DNA from: Mobula hypostoma
Taxonomy: Eukaryota
Direction: 5' to 3'
Assembly (NCBI RefSeq): GCF_963921235.1
Contig: NW_026948140.1
Location: 310,001-374,000, forward strand
DNA: 64,000 nt
Shown here: one piece after another, positions 35,353 through 49,424 of the stretch
Numbering within the stretch: position 1 is the stretch's first letter
Layout of the letters: the number at the start of each line of letters is the position of its first letter
Translations under genes and position numbers: made by a program
The notes under the pieces: model-generated
Seen by the model: the letters and a program-made list of their open reading frames with translations, nothing else
Databases searched by the model: none
Told to the model about the DNA's origin: nothing

Positions 35353-38048
35353 TGATTTGTGGGGGCTCGCGGGATCTTGTTCCGATTTTGAGTTTAAGTG
35401 CTGGTAATTGCCATTCTGATTTGGAAAAGAGAAATACCTGATTTTTTTTTAGTTTGATTGGTGTGTGAGTGGTATTCGGCAGCAACGAATGTTGACGACT
35501 TTATGGAGACGCCTTACCCAGTGTTTTTGGAGAATGTGAAAAAACCTGAGGTAGTGGAGATAGCTAGGAAGTTGGATATTAGGGGAATTACAAAGAATAC
35601 AACTAAGCCCACAATACAAAGAAAAATCACTGAGTATTATATCAGTTTGAAAACGTTTGATGATGAAGTGTTAGATAGGTTTCCAATGCGTAATCTGGAA
35701 ATGCAATTGCATCTTGAACAGATAAAGTTTGAAAGATTTAGAGCAGAAATGGCCGAAAGAAAGACTTATAAAAAAAAAGGGAATTTGAAGAAAGAGAGCA
35801 AAATAAATTAAGGGAATTTAAAGAAAGAGAAGCTGAAAACCAGAGGAAATTTGAGCTAGAGAGGGAGAAATTAAGGATGGGAAATCAGTCTTCTGGTTCT
35901 AAGAAACAGTTTATTGCTAGTCGTGAAGTTATTTTGGCTCCTCCATTAATGAAGTTGAAGTGGACAAATATTTCCAGCATTTCAAAACTATTGCTCTGAG
36001 TTTAGGGTGGCCAAAAGAGCAATGGCTAGTGATGTTACAAAGTGTAATTAAAGGCAAGACACAACAAGTTTATACAGCTTTAGATGCTGATCAAGCACTG
36101 AATTATGATATTGTTAAACAGCACATATTAAAGGCATATGAGATGGTTCCAGAAGCGTATAGAGAATAATTCAGAAATTTGAAGAAATCGATGGAAAAAA
36201 CTTATGTGGAATTTGCCTATGAGAAATCTGTGTGTTTTGAGAGATGGGTTTCCTCTAAAAATGTGAATGGGGAGTATAATAAATTAAAGGAGTTGATTTT
36301 ACTGGAGGAATTTAAAAGAAGCATTCCTGTTGAAGTGAGAACATACTTAAATGAAAGGGACACTGTTACATTGCAGGAGACTGCTAAATTAGCTGATGAG
36401 TATGCTTTAATTAATAAGAATAATTTTTCTCCAGGTAGAACTTTTAAAAGGAAACATAGCACAGAGAGTCAAGGTAAACCAGAAATTAAATCTGAAGTTA
36501 GTGAGAAAAGTAAGGATGAAGGGAGACATGTGAAGGAAAGACATTTTGGTATTATTTGTAATTATTGTAAGAAACCTGGACATGTAGTAGCTAACTGCTT
36601 TCAATTGAAAAAGAAAGAGAAAGAAGCCATCCCAGATGCTTGTGTGCAGCATATTGAAACACCTGTAAAACCACAGGGTTTAGAAAATACTAATGAAGAT
36701 GTGTCAGAGTCTGACCAAGTTAAAAAGGGATATGAAACTTTTATAACAGAAGGGTTTGTATCCTTGAAAGAAGGATCCAGTTCAGTACCAATAAGAATAC
36801 TTAGAGATACCGGAGCTTCTCAATCACTAATATTAGACAGTGTGCTAAAGTTTAGTGATGAGTCTGACATTGATGAGGTAAATTATATAAGAGGAGTAGG
36901 GAGTGCCCTTATGCCAGTACATTTACATAGAGTAAATTTAAGGTCAGGATTAGTTACAGGGGTTGTTAAAGTAGGACTACAATCCAGTTTACCTGTGAAT
37001 GATGTTTCTCTTTTGTTAGGGAATGACTTAGCAGGTGGACAGGTTTTTCCTGAAGTGCATTTAACAATAAATCCTAATTCTGAGGAACCACAGAGGGATT
37101 CTAACACAGATTCTTCCTGTGTTGTAACAGGAGCTATGGCTAAAAAGACTGATGTACAGGATGAGGTTGTTACCATGACTGTTCAATTCAAGATTCCAAT
37201 TTTGACGATGTATCAGAAACTTCCTTACTTACATTATTTGATCAGGATTTTGGTAGTAAGTCTGACCAGGAAGATCTGTCTTTATCTCGGAAGGGGATGA
37301 TAGCAGAGCAGGGTAGAGATCCTGAGATAATAGTGAAATTGAAAAAGTGCCAGATAGATATTATTTTGAAAAGGGAGTATTAATGAGAAAGTGGAGATCA
37401 CCTACCTATCAAAATGAGATTTTAACTATGGCTCATAGTATTCCATTGGGTGGTCACTTAGGGGTAAAGAAAACTATGAACAAGGTTACTAAACATTTTT
37501 ATTGGCCTAGTTTAAGAAAAAACGTGGCAACATTTTGTAGAACATGTCATACGTGTCAAATTGTGGGTAAACCTAATCAGGTTACCCCACTGGCTCCACC
37601 ACAACCAATTCCAGTATTTGGTGAGCTGTTCTCAGAAATCATCGTAGACTGTGTAGGTCCTTTGCCAAAGACTAAAACTGGACATCAATATTTGTTAACT
37701 ATTATGTGCACAGCGTCTAGGTTTCCCGAGGCAATACCTCTTAGGAATATAACAGCCAAAACCGTGACAAAGGCTCTTATAAAATTCTTTACTTATTTTG
37801 GGTTGCCTAAGGAAATACAATTGGATCAAGGTAGTAATTTTATGTCTGGATTGTTTCAGCAGATAGTTTATAAACTGGGAGCAAAACAGATTATTTCATC
37901 AGCCTATCATCCAGAATCACAAGGAGCCTTGGAGAGATTCCATTCTACATTAAAACTATGATTAGGACATATTGTGTGGAAAATGAAAAAGACTGGGATG
38001 AAGGTATGCATTTACTACTTTTTGCAGTAAGGGAGGCAGTACAGGAAT

Positions 38049-38124
38049 AGAAACCATAGAAAAACTACAGCACAGAAACAGGCCTTTTGGCCCTTCTTGG
38101 CTGTGCCGAACCATTTGCCGAACC
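38049..38124 (-). mobile_element. 76-bp CR1 3'-end insertion in the integrase region
   Basis: CR1-type tail and 3' UTR; TSD GAAT (38045-38048 / 38125-38128) splitting host codons VQESLG. Confidence 0.8.
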
Positions 38125-40279
38125 GAATCATTAGGTTTTAGTCCTTTTGAACTTGTGTTTGGGCATCAAGTTTGAGGAACTTTGGCCTTGTTGAAGGAAC
38201 AGTGGATTAATAAAGAGGTACACACTAATTTGCTAGATTATGTTTTAAAATTTAAAGAAAGATTATATAAAGCTTGTAGCTTGGCAAAAGAAAATTTAAA
38301 ATTGGCTCAAGAGAAGATGAAGACTTGGTATGATAAGGAAGCTAAGATGAGGTCATTTAAGCCTAGAGATAAGGTGTTGGTTCTTTTCCCGGTGCAAATG
38401 AACCCATTACAAGCTAAATTTCATGGTCCTTATGAGATTAAATCTCAGGTAAATGATGTGGATTACATGGTAAAAACCCCAGATCGAAGAAAGACAACAC
38501 AGCTGTGTCATGTAAAATACGTTTGTATGATAAAACCGTATTATGAGAGAGAAGCTGCTACTATGACTGTTGTGATCAAAAATGAGTCTGATCTTGACAA
38601 AAACTTGATGGATGATTCATCTGAAACTCATTTTAAACCCAACATTATTTCAGCCAGGTTACTAAATTCAAAAATTCTAGAAAATATTGATGAAAAATTA
38701 GCTCATTTCCAGCCAGAGCAGAGAGAGCAGATGAAACAGTTAATTTTTAAATATAGGAATTTATTTCCAGACGTTCCTAAAAGAACCACTGTAGCTACAT
38801 ATGGTGTAGCTGTTGGAGATGCAAAACCCATAAAACAACATCCGTATTGAATGAACAGGGAAAAATGTGAACTTGCTGAACAAGAAATTAAGTATATGTT
38901 AGAGAATGATATTATTAGACATTCTAATTCGAATTGGAGTTCACTGTGTGTTATGGTGCCTAAGCCAGACAATAGTATTAGGTTTTGTACGGATTACAGA
39001 AAAGTGAATGCTGTGACAAAAACTGATGTATATCCAATCCCTAGGGTAGCTGATTGTGTGGATAAAGTTGGACAAGCCAAATTCCTTACAAAGATTGATT
39101 TGTTAAAAGGTTGTTGGTGTGTTCCATTGACAGATGGAGGTAGAGAGATTTCAGCATTTGTAACCCCATCTGGGTTATATGAATATAATGTTCTTCCATT
39201 TGGGATGAAGAATGCACCAGGTACTTTTCAGAGGATGATTAATAGTGTGATTCAGGGATTAAAAGATACAGATGCCTATATTGATGATTTAGTTTCAGGA
39301 AATAATACGTGGAAAGCACATATTACTGTGGTGGAGAAACTCTTTGAGAGACTTTCAACAGCTAACTTAACTATTAACTTAACTAAAAGTGAATTTGGTC
39401 ATGCCACAGTGACTTACCTTGGTTATGTTGTGGGACAGGGAAAATTAGCACCTGTTCAAGCAAAAGTTCAGGCAATTTTAGAAGTACCCACTCCAACTGG
39501 TAGAAAAACTCTCAGAAGATTCTTGGGTATGGTAGGATATTACAGAAAATTTTGTAAGAATTTTGCAAACATTGCTCTTCCATTAACTAATCTCTTGAAG
39601 AAAAATGAAAGGTTTGTTTGGACAGAGTCTTGTCAGGAGGCATTTGATAAATTGAAAACCATAATATGCAGTCAACCTGTACTTAAATCTCCTGACTTTG
39701 AAAAACCGTTTTCGTTAGCTGTAGATGCTAGTGATGAAGCTGCAGGAGCAGTGTTACTTCAAAGAGATGATGGTGATGAAGTTGGTCATCCGGTAGCTTA
39801 TTTTTCCAAGAAATTTAATAACCATCAAGAAAATTATTCAACAATAAAAAAAGTTATTATCTCTTGTTTTGGCTTTACAACATTTTAAAGTGTATGTTAG
39901 TACTACTCATAAACCACTCACAGTTTATACCGATCACAATCCATTAGTGTTTTTGAGTAAGATGAAAAACAAGAATAGAAGATTACTAAATTGGAGTTTA
40001 ATGTTACAGGAGTACAATATTTTGATCACTCATATTAAGGGTAAAGATAATGTGATCGCTGATGGTCTATCTAGATGATAAATGTGCAATGAAATTTTTT
40101 TATGGAGTGGTATTTTAACATTTGTAACACTCCTACTGTATATTAGTTTGTAAAGTGCTGAAAGATAAGACTGTATATATTGTGTATGTTGTAAATTTTA
40201 TACCTTTGTATTTTTTTGTGTAAATTGTTAATTGTTAAAAGTTTGTTCCTTAAGAGACCGAAATTTTTTTGGAGGGAGG

Positions 40280-41147
40280 TGTTACATACCTCAAAGGAGA
40301 TCTGGTGACTTTCTTGTGAGAATGATGTAATGGCCTTTTGGAGGTCACCTGATGTAATTTTCCCACCGATGTGAGGTCATGTGATGACATGTTCACCACG
40401 GGTACATAAGGGAAGACCTCAGATGACGCAGTTAGTTTTTAGTTTTTAGTTTTCCAGCTAGAACGTCCATCTGGGTCTCCGTTTCTGTTGACTATTTGTT
40501 TTTATGATGCAGTTTCATTTTTAAAACCGGAGTGTTATGTAATGTTGCAAGATACAATAGTAATGGACTGGCAATTTTTGCTAGATGTGTTGATGTACCT
40601 TTTTTCAGCAGTATTGGAGAGTGAAGGCTTCATCGAAGTACAGGATATGAAGGATTAAAAGAAGTCGGGAGTGTTCGGCAGTTTAATAAAGGATGGACCT
40701 TATTGAGTCTTCATTGAAAAAGTAGCTACCTGCATCGAAGATAACTCTTGCGGAAAGAGAAAGGTAGTTCATGCAAGGTTCTCTCTAGAAATTAAGGTCA
40801 GTTGTTTTAAGCTGTTTATTTCCTTCATCATGAATCCTTTGGACAGAACCAACAGGAAAGTCGCGTCTATGAAGAAATCCTTCTCCAGAAAAGTCTCTCC
40901 CAATTGAATGTATAAATCTGTTGGACTTTGGAATTTACTATTTTAAGAACTGTATTTGACTTTACCACTTTAAGAACTGTTTCCGCATTTAACACTTTAA
41001 GAACCAGTGTTGAGTGACGATTTGTTGAATGTCTGCATAGCGGTTAACTTCGGGTTAAGGTTTTCGTTTGTTTTTATTGTTTATCCATGTTTAACAAATG
41101 CTTGGTTGTTTTTATATAACCTGACTCGATTGATATTCATTGTTGCC
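40280..41147 (+). repeat. 3' LTR of the Gmr1-like element, lacking its last ~12 bp
   Basis: Follows the PPT; colinear with the 5' LTR up to cattgttgcc. Confidence 0.92.
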
Positions 41148-41168
41148 CTAACCTTAACCCTAACCCTA
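41146..41168 (-). repeat. Short interstitial telomeric repeat, ~4 units of TTAGGG
   Basis: CCCTAA CCTTAA CCCTAA CCCTA on the plus strand. Confidence 0.85.
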
Positions 41169-41825
41169 GTGATGAAATGCTTTGAGAGGTTGACCATGAC
41201 TAGACTGAACTCCTGCCTCAGCAAGAACCTGGACCCATTGCAATTTGCCCATCACCACAGTAGGTCAATGACAGATGCAATCTCAATGGCTCTTCACACG
41301 GCCTTAGATCACCTGGACAACACAAACACCTATGTCAGGATGCTGTTCATCGACTATAGCTCAGCATTTAATACCATCATTCCCACAATCCTGATTGAGA
41401 AGTTATAGAACCTGGGCCTCTGTACCTCCCTCTGCAACTGGATCCTCAACTTCCTAACTGGAAGACCACAATATGTGCGGATTGGTGATAACATCTCCTC
41501 CTTGATGACGATCAACACTGGCGCACCTCAGGGGCGTGTGCTTAGCCCACTGCTCTACTCTCTGTATACCCATGACTATGTGGCTAGGCATAGCTCAAAT
41601 ACCATCTATAAATTTGCTGGTACAATCTCAGATGGAGATGAGAGGGTGTACAGGAGTGAGATATGCCAACTAGTGGAGTGTTGTCACAGTAACAACCTTG
41701 CACTTAACATCAGTAAGACGAAAGAGCTGATTGTGGACTTTAGGAAGGGTAAGATGAAGGAACACATACCAATCATCAAAGAGGGATCAGAAGTGGAGAG
41801 AGTGGGCAGTTTCAAGTTCCTGGGT

Positions 41826-44628
41826 GATGAACTGAGAACTTGGATACATACATGGAATTATATGATGTAGTGGCCATTACAGAGACTTGGCTGGTACCAG
41901 GGCAGGAATGGATTCTCAATATTCCTGGATTTCAGTGCTTTAAAAGGGATAGAGAGGGCGGAAAAGGGGAGGAGGGGTGGCATTACTGGTCAGGGATACC
42001 ATTACACCTACAGAAAGCATGGGTAATGTAGCAGGATACTCTTTTGAGTTAGTATGGGTGGAAGTCAGGAAAAGGAAGGTAGCAGTTACTCTACTGGGGG
42101 TATTCTATAGGCCCCCTGGTAGCAGCAGAGATACAGAGGAGCAGATTGGGAGGCAGATTTTGGAAAGGTGCAAAAATAACAGGGTTGTTATCATGGGTGA
42201 TTTTAACTTCCCTAATATTGACTGGCACCTGATTAGTTCCAAGGGTTTAGATGGGGCAGAGTTTGTTAAATGTGTCCAGGACAGATTCCTATCACAGTAT
42301 ATGGACAGGCCAACCAGGGGGAATGCCATACTAGATCTGGTACTACGTAATGAACCGGGTCAGGTAACAGATCTCTCAGTGGGTGAGCATCTGGGGGACA
42401 GTGACCACCGCTCCCTGGCCTTTAGCATTATCATGGAAAAGGATAGAATCAGAAAGGACAGCAAAATATTTAATTGGGGAAAGGCAAATTATGAGGCTAT
42501 AAGGCTAGAACTTGCAGGTGTGAATTGGGATGATGTTTTTGCAGGGAAATGTACTATGGACATATAGTTGATGTTTAGAGATCTCTTGCAGGAAGTTAGG
42601 GATAAATTTGTCCCGGTGAGGAAGATAAAGAATGGTAGGGTGAAGGAACCATGGGTGACAAGTGAGGTGGAAAATCTAGTCAGGTGGGAAAAGGCAGCAT
42701 ACATGAGGTTTAGGAAGTAAGGATCAGATGGGTCTATTGAGGAATATAGGAAAGCAAGAAAGGAGCTTAAGAAGGGGCTGAGAAGAGCAAGAAGGGGGCA
42801 TGAGAAGGCCTTGGCGAGTAGGGTAAAGGAAAACCCCAAGGCATTCTTCAATTATGTGAAGAAAAAAGGGATGACAGGAGTGAAAGTAGGACTGATTAGA
42901 GATGAAGGTGGGAAGATGTGCCTGGAGGCTGTGGAAGTTAGCGAGGTCCTCAATGAATACTTCTCCTCGGTATTCACCAATGAGAGGAAACTTGATGATG
43001 GTGAGGACAATATGAGTGAGGTAGATGTTCTGGAGCATGTTGGTATTAAGGGAGAGGAGGTGTTGGAGTTGTTAAAATACATTAGAACGGATAAGTCCCC
43101 AGCGCCTGACGGAATATTCCCCGGGCTGCTCCAAGAGATGAGGGAAGAGATTGCTGAACCTCTGGCTAGGATCTTTATGTCCTCGTTGTCCATGGGAATG
43201 ATACCAGAGGATTGGAGGGAGGCGAATGTTGTCCCCTTGTTCAAAAAAGGTAGTAGGGATAGTCTGGGTAATTATAGATCAGTGAGCCTTACGTCTGTGA
43301 TGGGAAAGCTTCTTAGAGATAGGATTTCTGGGCATTTAGAGAATCTTGGTCTGATCAGGGACAGTCAGCATGGCTTTGTGAAGGGCAGATCATGTCTAAC
43401 AAGCCTGATAGAATTCTTTGAGGAGAAGACCAGGCATATAGATGAGGGTATTGCAGTGGATGTGGTCTATATGGATTTTAGTAAGGCATTTGACAAGATT
43501 CCACACGGTAGGCTTATTCAGAAAGTCAGAAGGCATGGGATCCAGGGAAGTTTGGTCAGCTGGATTCAGAATTGGCTTGCCTGAAGAAGGCAGAGGGTGG
43601 TGGTGGAGGGAGTACATTCAGATTGGAGGATTGTGACTAGTGGTGTCCCACAAGGATCTGTTCTGGGACCTCTACTTCTTGTGAGTTTTATTAACAACCT
43701 GGATGTGGGGGTAGAAAGGTGGGTTGGCAAGTTTGCAGACAACACAAAGGTTGGTGGTGTTGTAGATAGTGTAGAGGATTGTCAAGGATTGCAGAGAGAC
43801 TTTGATAGGATGCAGAAGTGGGCTGGCAGGTGGCAGATGGAGTTCAACCCGGAGAAGTGTGAGGTGGTACACTTTAAAGGACAAACTCCAAGGCAGAGTA
43901 CAAAGTAAATGGCAGGATACTTGGTAGTGTGGAGGAGCAGAGGGATCTGGGGGTACATGTCCACAGATCCCTGAAAGTTGCCTCACAGGTGGATAGGGTA
44001 GTTAAGAAAGCTTTTGGGGTGTTAGCTTTCATAAATCGAGGGATAGAGTTTAAGAGTCACGATGTAATGATGCAGCTCTATAAAACTCTGGTTAGGCCAC
44101 ACTTGGAGTACTGTGTCCAGTTCTGGTCACCTCACTATAGGAAGGATGTGGAAGCATTGGAAAGGGTACAGAGGAGATTTACCAGGATGCTGCCTGGTTT
44201 ATAGAGTATGCATTATGATCAGAGATTAAGGGAGCTAGGGCTTTACTCTTTGGAGAGAATGAGGATGAGAGGAGACATGATAGAGGTGTACAAGATAATA
44301 AGAGGAATAGATAGAGTGGATAGCCAGCGCCTCTTCCCCAGGGCACCACTGTTCAATACAAGAGGACATGGCTTTAAGGTAAGGGGTGGGAAGTTCAAGG
44401 GGGATATTAGAGGAAGGTTTTTTACTCAGAGAGTGGTTGGTGCATGGAATGCACTGCCTGAGTCGGTGGTGGAGGCAGATACACTCATGAAGTTTACGAG
44501 ACTACTACACAGGTATATGGAGGAATTTAAGGTGGGGGCTTATATGGGAGGCAGGGTTTGAGGGTTGGCACAACATTGTGGGCTGAAAGGCCTGTAATTT
44601 GCTGTACTATTCTATGTTCTATGTTCTA
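41826..44628 (+). mobile_element. CR1 subfamily C ORF2 + 3' UTR
   Basis: Endonuclease ORF 41977-42567; RT ORFs 42811-44561; (TTCTATG)n tail. Confidence 0.92.
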
Positions 44629-45959
44629 TCTCTGAGGACCTAATCTGGTCCCGATATATCGATGCAGTTATAAAGAAGGGAAGGCAGCGTCTATACTTCA
44701 TTAGGGGTTTGAAGAGATTTGGTATGCAACAAATACACTCAAGAACTTCTATAGATGTACCATGGAGAGCATTCTGACAGGCTGCATCACTGTCTGGTAT
44801 GGGGGAGCGGCTACTGCACAGGACCAAAAGAAGCTGCAGAGGTTCATATATCTAGTTGGCTCCATCTTATGTACTTGCCTACAAAGTACCCAGGACATCT
44901 TTAGGGAGTGGTGTCTCAGAAAGGCTGCATCCATTATTAAGGACCTCCAGCACCCAGGGCATGCCCTTTTCTCACTGTTACCGTCAGGAAAGAGGTACCG
45001 AAGCCTGAAGGCACACACTCAACGATTCAAGAACAGCTTCTTCCCCTCTGCTATGTGATTCCTAAATGGACATTGAACCCGTGAACACTACCTCAGTTTT
45101 TTAATATTTATTATTTCTGTGTTTTGGACAATTTTTAATTTATTCAATGTGTGTATACTGTAATTGATTTACTTATTTCTGTCACCTGAGATTTCAATCA
45201 TAAAGTGTTGTTTATTTCATCTTAACACAGAGTAAAGTATCATAGGAACCACTTCTAGTTCATTTTGCTTCACTCTGGAAAAGTGTTTGATAATTTCTGT
45301 GCCAGACACATATCAAATGACATTTCCCACACCACACTGACGATGCTACTCCTCTAATACCTCCAAGCTCCATTTCTCTTTTAGTCCTGTCTCTCTAATT
45401 TCCTTCGGAGACTAATCTCTAGCACCTGCCTCTGATCCTCAGATCCAAACATTCCCCATTCAAACCTTGACTGCCTTTGATGTGGGAAAAGTCTACATCC
45501 TATCCCATAGCTGGTGGTAGGGTGTAGACCTTTCTCCTTTGCACATAAAAAAATTAAAGTATTACTGCTTCAGTAACGATGAGACTTTGGGCTATAGGCG
45601 TTTATAGCAGTGCACCCACTAAGAAAGCATTTCTTGCCATGTTGTATACAGATCATACAGTATAAATTATACTTCAACTAATAATTTAGAAAAATAGAGG
45701 GCTATGGGTAACCCTAGTAATTTTTAAGGTAGGAACATGTTCAGCACAACTTTCTGGGCTGAAGGGCCTGTATTGTGCTGTAGATTTTCTATGTTTCTAT
45801 GTTTCAGCTGGGCAGACAAAAACTCTCTGAACAGATATCCCAGGGAGGGTTTGGAGGTAGTACCACTTGAAGGCCCGGGGCTGAAGTTCTTCCTCCTCTG
45901 AGGTCCCTGCTGCTTCACAGGCATCTGCTTCCGTCTAAGTCTCAGTGGTTCCCTGACAG

Positions 45960-46878
45960 AATAGATGGTTTTGCTGCCAATTTTGCAGATGACACAAAGA
46001 TTTTTGGACAGGCAAGTAGTGTTGAGGAAACAGGTAGGCTGCAGAAGGATAGGTAATGGACAAGAGAGTGGCAAATGAAATACAATGTTGGAAAATTCAT
46101 GGTCATACACTTTGGTAGTAGAAATAAATGTGTCCTCTATTTTCTAAATGGGTAGAAAATCCAAAATTCTGAGATGCAAAGTGACTTGGGAGTCCGGGTG
46201 CAGAACATCCTAAAGGTTAACTCGCAGGTCAAGTCGCTGGTGAGGAAGGCAAATGCCATGTTGGCATTCATTTCAAGAGGTCTAGAATACAAGAGGAAGA
46301 ATGTGATGCTGAGGCTTTATAAGGCCCTGGTGAGGCCTCACCTTGAGTATTATGAACAGTTTTGGGTTCTTCATCTAAGAAAAGACGTGCTGGCATTGGA
46401 GAGGGTTGAGGGGAGGTTCACAAGGATGATTCCGGGAATGAAAGGGTTATCATACAAGGAAATTTAATGGCTCTGGGTCTGTACTCGCTGGAATTCAGAA
46501 GGATGAGGGGGCATCTCATTGAAACCTTTTGAATGTTGAAAGGCCGAGACAGAGTAAATGTGGAAAGAATGGTTCCCATGGTGGGGGAGCCAAGGACAAA
46601 AAAGCTCAGCCTCAGAATAGAGAGGTGTCCATTTCAAACAGTGATGCAAAGAAATTTCTTTTGCTAGAAGGTGGTGAATTTGTGGAATTTATTACCACAT
46701 ACAGCTGTGCAAGCCAGGTCATTGGATGTATTTATGGCAGCGCATGATGGATTCTAGATTGGACACTACATCAAAGGTTACGGAGAGAAGGCCAGGAAGT
46801 GGGGGTGAGGAAGGGAAAAAAGGATCAGCCATGACTGAATGGTGGACCCAATGGCCTAATTCTCATGGTCTTATGGTC
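45960..46878 (+). mobile_element. CR1 3' fragment
   Basis: FADDTK remnant; ORF 46174-46467; atggtcttatggtc tail. Confidence 0.82.
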
Positions 46879-47391
46879 CAAGAGCCTGATAGTTGAGTCA
46901 GCAACTAATCACGTGGATGTCAGATATAGTCCGCAAGTGATCCTATAGGACTATTCATACCAGAACAAACGAGCAGAATGTGTAGTACCAAGAAGAAGGG
47001 TGAAACTGGAGCTATCACCACAAGTCTAGTGGTTTTGTCAATAGATCCTCCATGATGGAACATGGAATCTGAAAAACAGGATGTGGCATTTATAGAGAAA
47101 ACCACCATCACTGGCAGAAACAGTTTTAGAAATCCGCACTGAAGTGAGTTGAGATTTCCTAGTAATATATGCGGTTAGCCACTGCCAATCAGGATTGTGC
47201 ATGTAGTAGTTTAACCTGCTGAAATGAGTGTTGAGATTGTTTGCTGAACTACAGTAACAGATGTGGTCAGCCTCTGCTAGTCAGTATATACCCACCTAGC
47301 AGTTTAACTGTGAGTTGCAGGAGGATTTTTAAAAGCAAATTAAAAATTGTTAATATTAGTACCCATCTTAAAATAAAACATCCAAGTAGCT

Positions 47392-48280
47392 CATAGAACA
47401 TAGAACATAGAACACTACAGCACAGTACAGGCCCTTCGAACTCGGCCTCCCATATAACCCCCCACTTTAAATTCCTCCATATACCTGTCTAGTAGTCTCT
47501 TAAATTTCACTACTGACTCAGACAGTGCATTCCACACACCAGCCACTCTCTGAGTAAAAAACCTTCCTCTAATATCCCCCTTCAACTTCCCACCCCTTAC
47601 CTTAAAGCCATGTCCTCTTGTATTGAGCAATGGTGCCCTGGGGAAGAGGCGCTTGCTATCCACTCTATCTATTCCTATTAATATCTTGTACACCTCTATC
47701 ATGTCTCCTCTCATTCTCCTTCTCTCCAGAGAGTAAAGCCCTAACTCCTTTAATCTCTGATCATAATGCATACTCTATAAACCAGGCAGCATCCTGGTAA
47801 ATCTCCTCTGTACCCTTTCCAAAGCTTTCACATCCTTCCTATAGTGAGGCAACCAGAACTAGACACAGTACTCCAAGTGCGGCTTAACCAGAGTTTTATA
47901 GAGCTGCATCATTACATCGCGACTCTTAAACTCTATCCCCTCGACTTATGAAAGCTAACACCCCATAAGCTTTCTTAACTACCCTATCCACCTGTGAGGC
48001 AACTTTCAGGGATCTGTGGACATGTACCCCAAGATCCCTCTGCTCCTCCACACTACCAAGTATCCTGCCATTTACTTCGTACTCTGCCTTGGAGTTTGCC
48101 TTCCAAAGTGTACCACCTCACACTTCTCCGGGTTGAACTCCATCTGCCACTTCTCAGCCCATTGCTGCATCTTATCAATGTCTCTCTGCAATCTTTGACA
48201 ATCCTCTACACTATCTACAACACCACCAACCTTTGTGTCGTCTGCAAACTTGCCAAGCCACCCTTCTACCCCCACATCCA
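47392..48280 (-). mobile_element. CR1 subfamily C 3' fragment
   Basis: (ATAGAAC)n tail; ORFs 47415-47771 and 48072-48362. Confidence 0.88.
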
Positions 48281-48405
48281 GGAGCACAGTAAGGGTATAA
48301 TTAAAATAGAATGTGCTATATATTTCCCCGATGGAAGAAAATACAGGCAGATCAACTGACAAAGTGAAGTATCTAAGAAGGAGACTTATGACAACCTCGA
48401 GTAGT

Positions 48406-49405
48406 CATAAACATAGAGACATAGAGAAGTACAGCACAGAAGCAGGCTCTTTGGCCCATCTAGTTATGCAAAAACGATTTTAGCTGCCTATTCCTGCACC
48501 TGCACCGGAATGATAACTCTCCATATCTCTACCATCCATGTACCTATTCAAACTTCTCTTAAAAGTTGAATTCGAGCTCGTATGCACCACTTGTATTGGC
48601 AGATCATGACCTCCTGAGTAAAGAAGTTTCCCATCAGTTTCCCCTTAAACTTTCCATCTTTCACTCTTAACCCATGACTTTTAGTTGTAATCCCACATAA
48701 CCTCAGCGGAAAAAGCCTGCTTGCATTTACCCTATCTACACCCCTCATAAGATCTCTTCTGGGGGAAGTATGACCTGTTCAAAATGGACAGGTTACACCT
48801 GAACCCGAAGGGGACCAATATCCTGGCGGGAAAGTTTAATAGAGCTGTTAGGGAGGGTTTAAACTAATTTGGCAAGGGGATGGGAACAGGAATGATAGAG
48901 CGGAGGAAGGGGAAAACAGATATAAATCTAAGATAGTGAGCAGTAAAGATGTCAGGAAAGACAGGCAGGTGATGGGGCAAATTATGGACCTACATTCCCA
49001 GATTCCTTTGTTCTACCACACGCTCAGTGCCCTTCCGTTCTCTGTGAAAGATATACCCTGGTTGGTCCTACTGAAGTGCAAAACCTCATTCGTGTCTTCA
49101 TTAAATTCCATCTGCCATATTTCAGCTCAGTTTTCCAACTGATTCAGATCCCTCTGCAAGCCAGGATAGCCAATGTCCATGCCTGCTACACCCCCAAACT
49201 TGATGTCATCTGCAAATTTGCAGATCCGGTTAGCCACTTTATCATTCAGATAATTGTTACAGATGACAAACAGCAAAGGACACAGCACTGATCCCTGCAG
49301 CATACCACAACTCAAAGGCCTCCAGTCAGAGAGACAACCATTTACTACAACTCTCTGGCTTCTCCCATAAAGCCAATGTCAAAGCCAATTTACTACCTTC
49401 AATGC
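48406..49405. mobile_element. Patchwork of CR1 fragments in alternating orientation (48406-48748 -, ~48750-48980 +, ~48985-49405 -)
   Basis: CR1 3' end, ORF1/ORF2 spacer and RT (QGSVL, KFADD) remnants. Confidence 0.7.
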
Positions 49406-49424
49406 CTTGCCACTGAACCTTCTT

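Larger units (their letters stand above)
34499..41147 (+). mobile_element. Full-length Gmr1-like Gypsy LTR retrotransposon (gag-PR-INT-RT-RH), inactivated
   Basis: Two LTRs; PBS-like tgtgggggctcg at ~35358; gag knuckle CNYCKKPGHVVANC; PR LRDTGAS; INT H..H..C..C plus DCVGP/DQGS/E (37347-37961); RT YIDD and RH VDAS (38851-39888), RH end TDHNPL (39869-40078); PPT ggagggagg (40271-40279). Several stops and frameshifts. Confidence 0.93.
33370..45180 (+). mobile_element. Rex1/Babar-like LINE (family 2) host, in pieces 33370-33706, 34408-34498, 41168-41825 and 44629-45180
   Basis: [65 protein letters not shown]|...RFKNSFFP are colinear across three inserts. Confidence 0.82.

Noticed and set aside
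46880..47390. Possible host exon in non-repeat-looking DNA (also 31680-32260 and 45180-45690)
   Set aside because: No recognisable protein similarity or convincing splice context; cannot be supported.
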